Virus record (IMG/VR): IMGVR_UViG_3300022698_000267
Span: 1-64,000 of that record
DNA: 64,000 nucleotides
Reading direction: 5' to 3' (one strand)
The notes below the pieces were generated by a model. The model was not told where the DNA came from, did no database searches, and saw nothing but the letters and a program-made list of their open reading frames with translations. The position numbers and the translations under genes are program-made. This document shows positions 1 through 9,612 of this stretch, in pieces. The number at the start of each line of letters is the position of its first letter. Positions within the stretch are counted from its first letter, which is position 1.

Positions 1-1
1 A

Positions 2-3000
2 GTAAGTTCCAGCAGTAGCAGTTCAAGTAGTTCTTCAAGCAGTAGTGAATCATCAAGCTCAAGCAGTAGTGAATCATCAAGCTCAAGCAGTAGTGAATCA
101 TCAAGCTCATCTAGTAGACCAACATTAGGAAATAATGATTTTTCTAACGATGATAATTGTGTAGCTTTATGGTCCTTCGAAGAAGGTGCGTTAACAACTG
201 ATTCCATCGGGACAAATACGCTCACAGACAATAACACTGTCGGCACAAGCACTGGTGATTATAAGGAGGGTGCTGCCTGTGCGGATCTAGAGCACGACAA
301 CGATGAAAATTTATCCATTACTGATTCAAATTTAGATGCTGGATTTCCGATCAAAAATGGTGCAACTACTCCGGCTTTTTCGTTAGCATTTTGGTTTAAA
401 CTTGAAAGTGCTTCGACTTACTGCGGATTAGTTTCTAAATATGCTGTTGATAAGACGACATTTTGGCTGGATCATTCTTCTTCCGGAGGAGGATTACGGT
501 TTTACATAGGGTATAACGGTGGGAGTAGCACTGAGCAGGTTTATAAAACAGATACGGATGGTATTTCGTCATTATCGAACGGGGTATGGTATCATGTAGG
601 GTTAACTTTCAACGATTCAGATAAGTCGTGGAAACTTGTACTATGGGATGATACAGCGGGTAGCAAAATCATTAATGCGAGTGGCACTTCCACGAACAAT
701 ATCAATATAGAAGATGGTCCTCTTGAAATTGGTGGAGCGTCGCCAAATACATTCGATGGCCTTATTGACGAAGTAGTCGTCTTCAAAGACATCCTGACAA
801 CGGATGAGATTGATGCAATTCGCACTGGAACATATTCAGTGGTTAATCCTGCTGATTGGGCTAATAATTTAGAACTTACCATAGATTCTTCTAAAGTTGA
901 TGAAGATCTAGTTGATTTCCCGGTTACGATTCAGCTTAATTCATCCTGTGGTATTACTTCTGCAGACACAACAGCGGTTTTTGACGAACTTGCTTCTGAT
1001 GCTAATAGAAAGAAAATAGCTGTTACAGATTCATCATATCGTCAACTATTCGTGGAGATAGAAAAGTGGGATGATGCTAATGAAACTGCCGTTCTTCATG
1101 TAAAAGTGCCAACGATATCAAGCTCCGCAGACACTACTCTTTATCTGTTCTATGATTCTACTCAGGATGACAACACCTCCTATGTTGGCGACACCACCGA
1201 TGCTGTAACGCATAATGTTTGGGATTCCAATTTTGTCGGCGTCTGGCATATGGCTCAAGATCCGAACGGGGATGCTTCTGGTGCTATAAAGGATTCCACT
1301 TCAAATGCCAATGATGGAACTCCTGATGGAAGCATGACCACCGCTGACTTGGTTGCTGGTAAGGCTGGTGATGCAATAGAGTTTGATGGGACTGATGACC
1401 AAATAAATGTCACAGCAGACGCTAGTCTTACAAATATGTCTGAATTGACTGTTTCGTTGGTAGCGTATATTACTTCAAAAGGGGACTTCGACGGATTCAT
1501 TTCTAAAATGGATGCGTCAATAAATAATACAGATAGACAATATCTGATTTTACTCAACAATGATGCTGATCAAAAGTTATATTCTCCTATTTTCGCTGAC
1601 GATGGCAGGACATCCCCCGATCCGGTTTCTGATGCGGCTTTCCCTGTTGATACATGGAAACATGTAGTTGTAACCTATAACGGGACAACCGCTATCCTAT
1701 ACATTGACGGAGTAGCCCAAACCACTACCGGAGCCACAACAGGTGGTATATTAGACATTTCTAACCCTTTGTTTATCGGAGCGCAAAACCCCACCACCAG
1801 TACGCCTCAAAGAATAAATGGTATAATTGATGAGGTCTGCATATCCTCCACCGCCCGTTCAGCGGCATGGATCAAAGCTACATACAACAGTCTATGGGAT
1901 TCTTTATTAGAGTATTCTGTTGAAGCAGTAAGTTCCAGCAGTAGTAGTTCAATAAGTAGTTCTTCAAGTAGTAGTGAATCATCAAGTTCAAACAGTTCAA
2001 GCAGCAGTAGCTCAAGCAAATCGAGTAGTAGCTCAAGCAGCAGTAAATCATCAAGTTCATCTAGTAAATCTAGTAGTAGCTCATCATCAATCAGTTCAAG
2101 CTCGAGCAAATCATCATCTTCAAGTAGTAGTAAATCATCATCTTCAAGTAGTTCAAGTAGTTCAAGCAGTTCAAGTAGTTCAAGCAGCAGTAGATCATCA
2201 TCTTCAAGTAGTTCAAGTAGTAGTAAATCATCATCTTCAAGCAGTTCTTTTAATATTGAAATTCTAGATTCTTGGACAAATGTTGAACATGAATTAATAC
2301 AAGTAGAATTCGAAGATATTATATACAGTAGTTCATCATCAAGTTCAAGTAGTTTATCAAGTTCAAGTAGTTCAAGTAGTAGCTCTTCTTCAAGCTCAAG
2401 TAGTGAATCATCAAGCTCAAGTATCTCTTCTTCAAGCTCAAGTAGTGAATCATCAAGCTCAAGTAGTGAATCATCAAGTTCAAGTAGTTTCAATCCAGAA
2501 AAGTATGAAGTTCTAGATTCTTCCTGGAGAATTTTTATAGAAGATTTGTTAGATACTTCATGGACAACTGGTTATTTCTCTAATACTTTAGAATCCAAAT
2601 GGAAAATTCAGACTGAAAAAGAGATTGATATAAATTATCGAATCCTTACAGAAAAACAATTCATAACAAGTTATTCGATTTTTACAGAAAAATATCTACA
2701 AACTTCTTATATACTTCATGTCAAATATCTGGAAGCTACAACATCCTGGAAAATTGAAGCAGAACAAGTAATTCGAATAAGCAGCAAAATTCTTACTTTT
2801 AAAGAGCTGCAAACTGCCTGGAGGAAAGCTATTACTTCCAGGAGATTCACTTTCAAGAATTATATTTCTGGAAAGTTAAATAGAAGATTTGGATTAGAAT
2901 ATCATATAACAGATAAAGATTATATAAGCAGGAGATTTACCTCTATTTATGGATTTTCTGAAGAGGGAATTAGAGGTGTATCAGAAAGAATATCTGGAAC

Positions 3001-4111
3001 CTTCAATCCATGGCAAATAGTACATACTGATGTTAATATTCACCCACATTTATATAACACCTATGAATCTGAAACAAATACAACATATGAAAGATACTAC
3101 ATCCTTACAGCCGAAGTAAAGTCTCTAGTATCTAGAGAGTTAATCTATACTGAAGTAAACAACACGTATGAATTCTATTCTGTTGAGGGTGAAGGAAGAA
3201 GAGCATTTTTACATTCCTCTGAGGAACATACCGACGAAAGAAGTGTAACACTAGAAATAACATACGAAGAATCTGGAGAAAGATACACAGTTTCAAGTCA
3301 ACAAGTAATGTTAGTCGATGAGAGGATTAATGTTTTCTGGTCCATTTACGACACATTCAGATATGCTTATGCTAAATCTTGGTATGTAGACGAAAAATTT
3401 GTAATCACACATGCAAGAGATAAATTTAGACAAGCTGATCAAAGATTTTGTATAGCACAAACAGAAGAGAATGTCTTCTCAGGAATCATTCAGCAATTTG
3501 TTGAATCATGTGCAACACAATTCTCTTTCACAGTAAGTCCAAAAACTACGGATTTTGAAATTGGCACTATTGATCCACAATACAGAGACATTTTTACTGA
3601 TGAAATTGTGACTCCAGATTTAATCACTTTTAATATTCTTGACCTAGAAGACAAGTTTTCGGATTTAGATTTCTTCTTCATCGATGCAACAGATAATAAA
3701 AATGTTTCAGTTAATATGGGTACTAATTCAATGTATCTCGCCACCACTTACCAAATAACTGGAACAGATTCAAAATACATTGATGGCTTTTTTGCATGTC
3801 CTCAAGAAGGTTTAGTACATTTTATGATTTGGTTAGAAATAAGCAATTATCGAAAATCTGAATACGGAACTCCACAAGAATTTTTAGATTACCTACGAAG
3901 TAAAGGTTATATAAAAATTACAACCATGGGTGAGGACCTACAAACGATACCACAAATATACGATTGGACTTATCCAAGACTTTCTTTAGTTCCAATTAGA
4001 ATGGAATTTCACAAGGATTTGATAAAAGAGTGTGGTGTAAGATTACGAGTAAGATGGGGCTATCCGATAATAACGCAAAGGATTTATGACTCTTTGATCT
4101 TGATAAAGTAA
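2..4111 (+). CDS. Large virion fibre/adhesin protein (5'-truncated): poly-Ser, LamG-like, DUF2341-like + LamG-like, poly-Ser, C-terminal region
   Basis: The frame of track ORF 839..4111 stays open back to base 2 (VSSSSS...RPTLGNNDFS...FSLAFWF...GVWYHVGLTF...FDGLIDEVVVF), so the GTG at 839 is internal. LamG-like motifs WKHVVVTY, LYIDG and INGIIDEV; DUF2341-like motifs VEIEKWD..AVLHVKVP and TLYLFY. Confidence 0.8.
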   Translation, partial: VSSSSSSSSSSSSSSESSSSSSSESSSSSSSESSSSSSRPTLGNNDFSNDDNCVALWSFEEGALTTDSIGTNTLTDNNTVGTSTGDYKEGAACADLEHDNDENLSITDSNLDAGFPIKNGATTPAFSLAFWFKLESASTYCGLVSKYAVDKTTFWLDHSSSGGGLRFYIGYNGGSSTEQVYKTDTDGISSLSNGVWYHVGLTFNDSDKSWKLVLWDDTAGSKIINASGTSTNNINIEDGPLEIGGASPNTFDGLIDEVVVFKDILTTDEIDAIRTGTYSVVNPADWANNLELTIDSSKVDEDLVDFPVTIQLNSSCGITSADTTAVFDELASDANRKKIAVTDSSYRQLFVEIEKWDDANETAVLHVKVPTISSSADTTLYLFYDSTQDDNTSYVGDTTDAVTHNVWDSNFVGVWHMAQDPNGDASGAIKDSTSNANDGTPDGSMTTADLVAGKAGDAIEFDGTDDQINVTADASLTNMSELTVSLVAYITSKGDFDGFISKMDASINNTDRQYLILLNNDADQKLYSPIFADDGRTSPDPVSDAAFPVDTWKHVVVTYNGTTAILYIDGVAQTTTGATTGGILDISNPLFIGAQNPTTSTPQRINGIIDEVCISSTARSAAWIKATYNSLWDSLLEYSVEAVSSSSSSSISSSSSSSESSSSNSSSSSSSSKSSSSSSSSKSSSSSSKSSSSSSSISSSSSKSSSSSSSKSSSSSSSSSSSSSSSSSSSRSSSSSSSSSSKSSSSSSSFNIEILDSWTNVEHELIQVEFEDIIYSSSSSSSSSLSSSSSSSSSSSSSSSSESSSSSISSSSSSSESSSSSSESSSSSSFNPEKYEVLDSSWRIFIEDLLDTSWTTGYFSNTLESKWKIQTEKEIDINYRILTEKQFITSYSIFTEKYLQTSYILHVKYLEATTSWKIEAEQVIRISSKILTFKELQTAWRKAITSRRFTFKNYISGKLNRRFGLEYHITDKDYISRRFTSIYGFSEEGIRGVSERISGTFNPWQIVHTDVNIHPHLYNTYESETNTTYERYYILTAEVKSLVSRELIYTEVNNTYEFYSVEGEGRRAFLHSSEEHTDERSVTLEITYEESGERYTVSSQQVMLVDERINVFWSIYDTFRYAYAKSWYVDEKFVITHARDKFRQADQRFCIAQTEENVFSGIIQQFVESCATQFSFTVSPKTTDFEIGTIDPQYRDIFTDEIVTPDLITFNILDLEDKFSDLDFFFIDATDNKNVSVNMGTNSMYLATTYQITGTDSKYIDGFFACPQEGLVHFMIWLEISNYRKSEYGTPQEFLDYLRSKGYIKITTMGEDLQTIPQIYDWTYPRLSLVPIRMEFHKDLIKECGVRLRVRWGYPIITQRIYDSLILIK
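35..106 (+). repeat. 24-bp tandem repeat x3 (tcaagcagtagtgaatcatcaagc) encoding the poly-Ser linker
   Basis: Three exact copies at 35-58, 59-82 and 83-106. Confidence 0.85.
1928..2490 (+). repeat. Low-complexity Ser-codon tracts (two poly-Ser linkers, ~105 and ~55 aa)
   Basis: Runs of agt/tca/agc/tct codons; translation SSSS(K/E/I)SSSS. Confidence 0.9.
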
Positions 4112-4159
4112 AAGGGTCCTAAAACATAATTAAAATACAGATGGAAGGAAACCATAGCT

Positions 4160-4915
4160 GTGTATTTAAAAGAAGAAATTGTATTGCTAAATAAACCTAT
4201 TGTATACCTCAGATACTGCATGGTACATGGAACAACTGTGGAAGCTTATCTTTATGACAATGTCAGAAAGGAGAATGTCTACAAGCTGGATAGGATTTAT
4301 TCGTTGCATAATTCAATACTACAAAATCAATTTTCTATAGATGAAGATAAATCTATGATGTACGTTTCTATGGGAATGGATGGTTTGTATCTTCGAATTC
4401 TATACTACACAGAAGGGAAGGACAACACTTACTATGTTGGGGGTAATCTGGATAGATTTCTTACCAGAATGTTACAATGGTCGGAAACCAGAATAGTAGA
4501 TGGTTTATTTATACATTGGCCAGCAAATGAAGAGGGACAACCAATAAAACAAATAAAGGGTGGATCTTTCATATATGAAGGGGAATTATACGTCTATCCG
4601 GGTGGTGTTTTCGATATTAGACAGCAAGCACCTCCAACTGTTAAAGAAACTTTTAGATCCTATTTTCTATTCGTTAATGGTGAATGGTTGTCTAGTTATG
4701 TGTATAGACAAAATAAAATGTTGAATAAAATTGGGATTATTCATTCTACCTGTACTGATCCTGATGTTTGGGTTACATTAAAAGACGTTAATGCGAAGTA
4801 TGAAAATATGTATACGTCAGCACCATTAGGAATTGCTTATATTCACATATACTTAATGAGCTCGATGGATTATGAAATTTGGGTTGAATATCCTAGAGAT
4901 GCAAGGGTGATATAA
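4160..4915 (+). CDS. Hypothetical protein (virion module)
   Basis: 251-aa ORF with RBS ggaagg; stop overlaps the next start (taatg). Confidence 0.6.
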   Translation: MYLKEEIVLLNKPIVYLRYCMVHGTTVEAYLYDNVRKENVYKLDRIYSLHNSILQNQFSIDEDKSMMYVSMGMDGLYLRILYYTEGKDNTYYVGGNLDRFLTRMLQWSETRIVDGLFIHWPANEEGQPIKQIKGGSFIYEGELYVYPGGVFDIRQQAPPTVKETFRSYFLFVNGEWLSSYVYRQNKMLNKIGIIHSTCTDPDVWVTLKDVNAKYENMYTSAPLGIAYIHIYLMSSMDYEIWVEYPRDARVI

Positions 4916-5451
4916 TGAGTTGTGTCTACAATTACAATAAAATCTTTCAGGAATACGGTTCAGAGATTCGAAATATTATTTTGAATGACACATCCAAACC
5001 CTTTTTAGTTTATGAAACAAAACCTGATGTTCCAGATGCACCATTTTATGGAATGTTGATATGGAACACACAACAGTACTACAGTACCATATATGAAGCA
5101 GATAGCACTGAGAATTCAACGACTTATCTGAATGACATAGGATTTTTCGTTGTTCCAGAATTTGGAGATGTTAAAATCATTCCAAGTGTAGAATACAGAC
5201 AAACAATAACAATGGCATTTGACACGAATACTGATCCAGATTTTGATCCGTATGGATCTAAAATAATCGAATTTATAGATTGGTATATAAATAGGCATTT
5301 GGAATTGGTGGAAAATTTAAATTTTACTCTCAGTAATAATACCAGATTGTTTTGTATGTTATCTAATATATCAAAACCAATATATGGTAGAGGGAGTTCA
5401 TTATTAGTAAGGAGGTCGGTTTTAATAACGTTGCGATATTGTCGATGTTAA
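4915..5451 (+). CDS. Hypothetical protein, possible tail terminator/neck protein
   Basis: 178 aa, directly upstream of the putative tail tube; function inferred from position only. Confidence 0.4.
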   Translation: MSCVYNYNKIFQEYGSEIRNIILNDTSKPFLVYETKPDVPDAPFYGMLIWNTQQYYSTIYEADSTENSTTYLNDIGFFVVPEFGDVKIIPSVEYRQTITMAFDTNTDPDFDPYGSKIIEFIDWYINRHLELVENLNFTLSNNTRLFCMLSNISKPIYGRGSSLLVRRSVLITLRYCRC

Positions 5452-5502
5452 TCGAACATTGATAAAACCTTAGATAGAATTTTTAAATAGGAGGTACTTA
5501 TT

Positions 5503-6210
5503 ATGGGCGCATGTCCAGTTGTTGATTATGGAATTCCAGAAACTGGTGCTACAGAATATTCAGTTAGTAGTGGAAGGGAGTTATTCCAGTGTGGCAATTC
5601 CTGTGTTAAGTTGTTTATTGTAAACCTTACGGTTGAAACCACAACAGTTACTATTTCTTGTGGATCTATTGACCAAGCTGTTCAAGGCGATATTTGCTTG
5701 CGAAGTGCCAATGTTGGTCTTCAAGATCAGGCAATTGTTAATTGGGTAGCAAAAGATGATGTTGATACGAACACAGAAGTGGGTTATGTTATCAATCGAG
5801 CAAAACCTTGTGGAGGTGGTGAAAGCACAATCTATACACATACTGATGGTCAAATGTCAATTAGAGTAACTGCCAATATTGACAGTATTATAAGCGAGAG
5901 AGATAATCTGGAATCGCTAGCTTCTGGCAAACTAGCAGAAGTTTGTACTGGACAGGTTGCTACGATGATTGGTGTGGTAGATTTCATCTTTTCAGATACC
6001 AGCACAGATGCAAGTCCTACAGATTGGCAGGGTGGTGGTCTTACCTTTCAAGCTTTTGGAACAGATGAGGGTGCAGGTGGAACTAGAACCGCACGTGCCA
6101 ATTTCAATTGGCAAAATGGACAGGCAGAATGTAGAGATGGGTCTTTGGAGTACGATGAAACTGCAACACCACAGGATGTTGGTGCTTTGATTGATGCAAT
6201 GATTGCTTAA
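5503..6210 (+). CDS. Probable major tail (tube) protein
   Basis: Strong RBS aggagg; 235 aa, acidic, Gly/Thr-rich; immediately precedes a frameshifting chaperone gene (lambda V-G-GT order). Confidence 0.5.
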   Translation: MGACPVVDYGIPETGATEYSVSSGRELFQCGNSCVKLFIVNLTVETTTVTISCGSIDQAVQGDICLRSANVGLQDQAIVNWVAKDDVDTNTEVGYVINRAKPCGGGESTIYTHTDGQMSIRVTANIDSIISERDNLESLASGKLAEVCTGQVATMIGVVDFIFSDTSTDASPTDWQGGGLTFQAFGTDEGAGGTRTARANFNWQNGQAECRDGSLEYDETATPQDVGALIDAMIA

Positions 6211-6230
6211 TTCAGAAAGGAAAAGTCGAA

Positions 6231-6770
6231 ATGTCAGTACAAAAACTTACGATTGAACAGGTCCCAAAAGATGTTCTAGGTGATTTAGAAGCATTGATCA
6301 CCGATTCAAAGAAAGAGTACGTTGCTATTGGCTCTTCTTACTATGCAATGACACCAATGCCAGCTATCCAATTAATGGAAATTCTAGGAAGGTTCATGGA
6401 AGCTTTAGAAGGGGTTAGACGGAAAGTTATTGAAAACATACTTTCCGAGCTAACCCCTGATCAACAAAAGGAATTTAATTCTGCTAACGTATTTGTAACA
6501 ATGCGAGATATGTTAAAGGATACAGATTCTTTAGAATTAATAAAAGAGTTGATGTCCAAGGTCCTTACTGGTGTAGAACCAAAAGATTTAGATTCTATTA
6601 CTACTAATCAATTGGCTAAAGTGATAGATGTTGTGGTAAAAATAAATATCAATACATTGCCACAATCATTCCGGGAAGCTTTACTTCCTGGTTCTACTAT
6701 GACAGATGAAGAGGGTATAAAGTCTCCTGAGGAAAAAGAGGAGGCTACTGATCCAACAAAAAACCCCTAG
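6231..6770 (+). CDS. Tail assembly chaperone (gpG-like), ends at a slippery site
   Basis: Ends ...ACA AAA AAC CCC TAG, with heptamer A AAA AAC at 6758-6764. Confidence 0.65.
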   Translation: MSVQKLTIEQVPKDVLGDLEALITDSKKEYVAIGSSYYAMTPMPAIQLMEILGRFMEALEGVRRKVIENILSELTPDQQKEFNSANVFVTMRDMLKDTDSLELIKELMSKVLTGVEPKDLDSITTNQLAKVIDVVVKININTLPQSFREALLPGSTMTDEEGIKSPEEKEEATDPTKNP

Positions 6771-8113
6771 ATGCCCGACTATACCTACCGTTTTTACAAG
6801 TAGTTTGTAATGCGGTAAATTCAATAGTTTCGTATGGTATTAGTCGTGGCATAATTAATGTTAATGATCTTCTTTACGACAATTCTTTTACTAGATGTAC
6901 GCTAAGTGGAAACCTTTGTACAGCTAGTTGTCCAAAAATAGTGCAGTTTTGTAAACATAAAAAACTGGAGAACAGGTTTCTGACCATAGGACAAGTTTAT
7001 CTATTGAGTAGAAACGTACAAACCAGAAATATACAAGATAAAGATTTCCTAGTTAATGTTATCACAGGAAATTCAATAATCGACGATGGCAATCGTGAAG
7101 TTTTGATTTATGACCCTATGGAAACACTAGAAGAAGATTGGATGCATTTATTTCCAGAACCAGATATTGAGCAAATTAGATTTTCTTCCACAAGTAAACC
7201 AGCCGAAAAAGAAAGTTCTACGAAAAAAGAGGAAAATCCCATTCTACTTTACAGATCTAATATGAAAGATTTAATGGAAAGATTAAAAGGAGAATCTAGA
7301 ATAAAAGAGGTCCAAGATTTAAAGAAGTTACTTCAATCAGAGCAGGTTGACAAAGGATTCATTCGAAATTTATTAGCAAAAATGGAAAGAAAAGAGATTT
7401 CACATAATTACATCTCTTTAATTGAATATGGAAAGATGTTAGAATCTTACATTAACCTTGAATCTGATTTTGAAACGAAAGATATTGAAATCATCCTCAC
7501 TTATTTAATGCTAGCCTATCAACCAATGGATAGATTGGATTTTCCACATATAGATGTAAATAAAGGAAAGATAAACAAGTTGATATTAAAAACAAAGGGT
7601 TTGAAAGATGAGCATCCAAATAAATGGACTAAAGATAGGTATGATAATATTAGGAAACAAGTAGATCCATATAAGAAGTTGCTCTACTTTGATAATAGAA
7701 TGTTCATTTGGTTTACATATATTAAAAATTCTAACATAGAAAATGTTGGGAAAGAAAGTATATTAACCAAATATCTTTTAGACATTATTTTAGTTAAAAT
7801 TTATCAGTTATATGGAACCAGATTTATGGTACTTCCTTACAAAGAAAATGAAGAGTTTTACAATAGATTCAAGAAGTTTTTTAGTATAGTTTTTAAGATC
7901 ATATCTTCAAATCCAAATATTTTTAATGTTGGATCTAAACCTAATTTAGATTTTTTTCTTCCAGAACAATTAGATAATCAATACAGAATCAAAGAAAAAG
8001 TAAGTATGAAGAAAGATATTGAGTCTAAATTAGAAAAAGCTATTCCAAAGAAGCGTGAGGTCTTTCAATACATGTTACAGAAAGGATTTTTAGAAGAGTT
8101 CCCGGTTATATAA
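6761..8113 (+). CDS. -1 frame extension (gpGT-like) of the chaperone; includes track ORF 6941..8113
   Basis: The -1 frame is open from 6761 (K P L D A R L Y L P F L Q V V C ...) through the GTG at 6941 to TAA 8113; there is no clear RBS before 6941. Confidence 0.65.
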   Translation, partial: KPLDARLYLPFLQVVCNAVNSIVSYGISRGIINVNDLLYDNSFTRCTLSGNLCTASCPKIVQFCKHKKLENRFLTIGQVYLLSRNVQTRNIQDKDFLVNVITGNSIIDDGNREVLIYDPMETLEEDWMHLFPEPDIEQIRFSSTSKPAEKESSTKKEENPILLYRSNMKDLMERLKGESRIKEVQDLKKLLQSEQVDKGFIRNLLAKMERKEISHNYISLIEYGKMLESYINLESDFETKDIEIILTYLMLAYQPMDRLDFPHIDVNKGKINKLILKTKGLKDEHPNKWTKDRYDNIRKQVDPYKKLLYFDNRMFIWFTYIKNSNIENVGKESILTKYLLDIILVKIYQLYGTRFMVLPYKENEEFYNRFKKFFSIVFKIISSNPNIFNVGSKPNLDFFLPEQLDNQYRIKEKVSMKKDIESKLEKAIPKKREVFQYMLQKGFLEEFPVI

Positions 8114-8146
8114 AAAGGGGACCAGCATTTCTACTGTCCCCTTCTA
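8112..8146. terminator. Intrinsic terminator between convergent genes
   Basis: aaggggac (8115-8122) pairs with gtcccctt (8136-8143); an A-tract on the left gives a U-tail on the minus strand. Confidence 0.6.
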
Positions 8147-8164
8147 ATCTTTGAATTAAATCAA

Positions 8165-8377
8165 TTAGGCTGGTATTGCCAAACTTGCTGATTTAATTTC
8201 ATTCTCGTCTTCTTCCACCGTCAAAGTCAAAGACTGTGTGCCGGCAAGAACGTTGTTATATTGTGTTTCCGTTAACAGGATCGGTTCCAGTTTCATAATT
8301 TCGCTTTGTGAAATATCATCACAAACCAGAACAAGCAATCCTTTTACGGGGGCATTTTGCGTTGTGGGATTTGCCAT
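8165..8377 (-). CDS. Small protein downstream of the MCP (possible capsid accessory)
   Basis: 70 aa with strong RBS aggaggg; function inferred from position only. Confidence 0.5.
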   Translation of the reverse strand: MANPTTQNAPVKGLLVLVCDDISQSEIMKLEPILLTETQYNNVLAGTQSLTLTVEEDENEIKSASLAIPA

Positions 8378-8404
8378 ATTAAAATTCCCTCCTTGTGTTG
8401 TTTT

Positions 8405-8430
8405 TAAGTCGCCAAATTAATGGCGACTTA
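8405..8430. other. Perfect 10-bp inverted repeat (hairpin) downstream of the MCP
   Basis: taagtcgcca-aattaa-tggcgactta; there is no U-tail on the minus strand, so it may be a stability or processing hairpin. Confidence 0.5.
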
Positions 8431-8465
8431 TTAACCTTTAGTAGATTATAGGGCCAAGTGATAAA

Positions 8466-9569
8466 TTATGGGGTCACGACAGTGACTTTACCATAAAGTT
8501 TTGACATGACCATTTGCTTCGCGTAGAAAGAACCGACTGAACGAATCCATGACCAGTTCTCCACGTTATAGAAGCTGTCCATGATGATCATTGGAATATA
8601 CGGTGCATAAATGTACCCTGATTCCATTTCACTGGGACCTTTGTACCCGACCAGGATGTCATCGGTATTCAAGTTTGGCATGATATGAATATCGAATTCA
8701 TCATTCAACGTACCGGAAACGATCAACCTTTTGGAAATTTGTGGCTGATGATTTGTTCCGTCGGTGTAAGATACATATTCACCTGTTCTTCTGAAGTATG
8801 CACCTGTTCTGGGTGAACATACCACGAAATTGGGATAACGTCTTGTGAGGTTATAAATCTCAGTGGCAACTTCAATGATCTGGAAGTACAATTCTTTTTC
8901 TTTCCGATCTTTAATTTGTGGGGAGTCTGAGCTTCCTGGTTTGGTCCATGTTGCCGTACCTCCACTTGCACCATTGTAAAGATCGTTAAGGACTTCAAAA
9001 TTCACTTCCTCTACGATTTTCGCTGCCAGGGCTTTGGTGATCTGTGTTTCCAGATTGAGACCAAGTTTGTCACTGGAATCTTGGGCTTCAAATGTCCATT
9101 TACCAGCTAACTTTCTCTGGATTGCTTTAACACCAATCTCCCTCACGATGAAGTCGATTCCCTGTGTGATGCTTTCACCTTCCGCGGGCCCGAGTGAATA
9201 CTCGGTGGTGGGATGATCAACCACTGAATCCCCTGCTGCAATCTGGTCCGCTGTACTGGTGAACATTGGGTCATCCGTATGAGCGTTGGTATAGACATAA
9301 TCCAACATCTGTAGAATGGCCACTCTATCCGGAATTGGTTGTACACCAACAATTTTGCTAATGATGGAATCCCTGGCCAATTTCTTGATGGCCGGCAGAA
9401 ACACGGTAGCAATTCTGTCAATGTTCTTTGTTGAAGTCTGCTCTTCAATTCTTGTCAGCTCTTTACATTCGTTGTCCAGCAGAGCGTTGTAGATATCAAG
9501 CATATCTTCCGGAATCCCGGCAATATCTTGCCTTGCAATATCAACATATTTTTGAACTGTTTCGTTCAT
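8466..9569 (-). CDS. Major capsid protein, T4 gp23-like (HK97 fold)
   Basis: IVGVQP, RKLAGKWTFEAQD and VGYKGPSEMESGYIYAPYIP match recalled gp23-family motifs (RKLKA.WT.E..QD; VGYKG....DAG..YAPY). Confidence 0.9.
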   Translation of the reverse strand: MNETVQKYVDIARQDIAGIPEDMLDIYNALLDNECKELTRIEEQTSTKNIDRIATVFLPAIKKLARDSIISKIVGVQPIPDRVAILQMLDYVYTNAHTDDPMFTSTADQIAAGDSVVDHPTTEYSLGPAEGESITQGIDFIVREIGVKAIQRKLAGKWTFEAQDSSDKLGLNLETQITKALAAKIVEEVNFEVLNDLYNGASGGTATWTKPGSSDSPQIKDRKEKELYFQIIEVATEIYNLTRRYPNFVVCSPRTGAYFRRTGEYVSYTDGTNHQPQISKRLIVSGTLNDEFDIHIMPNLNTDDILVGYKGPSEMESGYIYAPYIPMIIMDSFYNVENWSWIRSVGSFYAKQMVMSKLYGKVTVVTP

Positions 9570-9612
9570 AGCAACTATCCTCCTTATTTATAATGAATCT
9601 CTTACAAAGGTT

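Noticed and set aside
839-841. Start codon of the first large ORF
   Set aside because: The frame is open to the window start and encodes another LamG-like domain upstream.
1807-2493. Antisense Leu/Glu-rich ORF and other ORFs overlapping the Ser tracts
   Set aside because: These are shadow frames of Ser-codon repeats.
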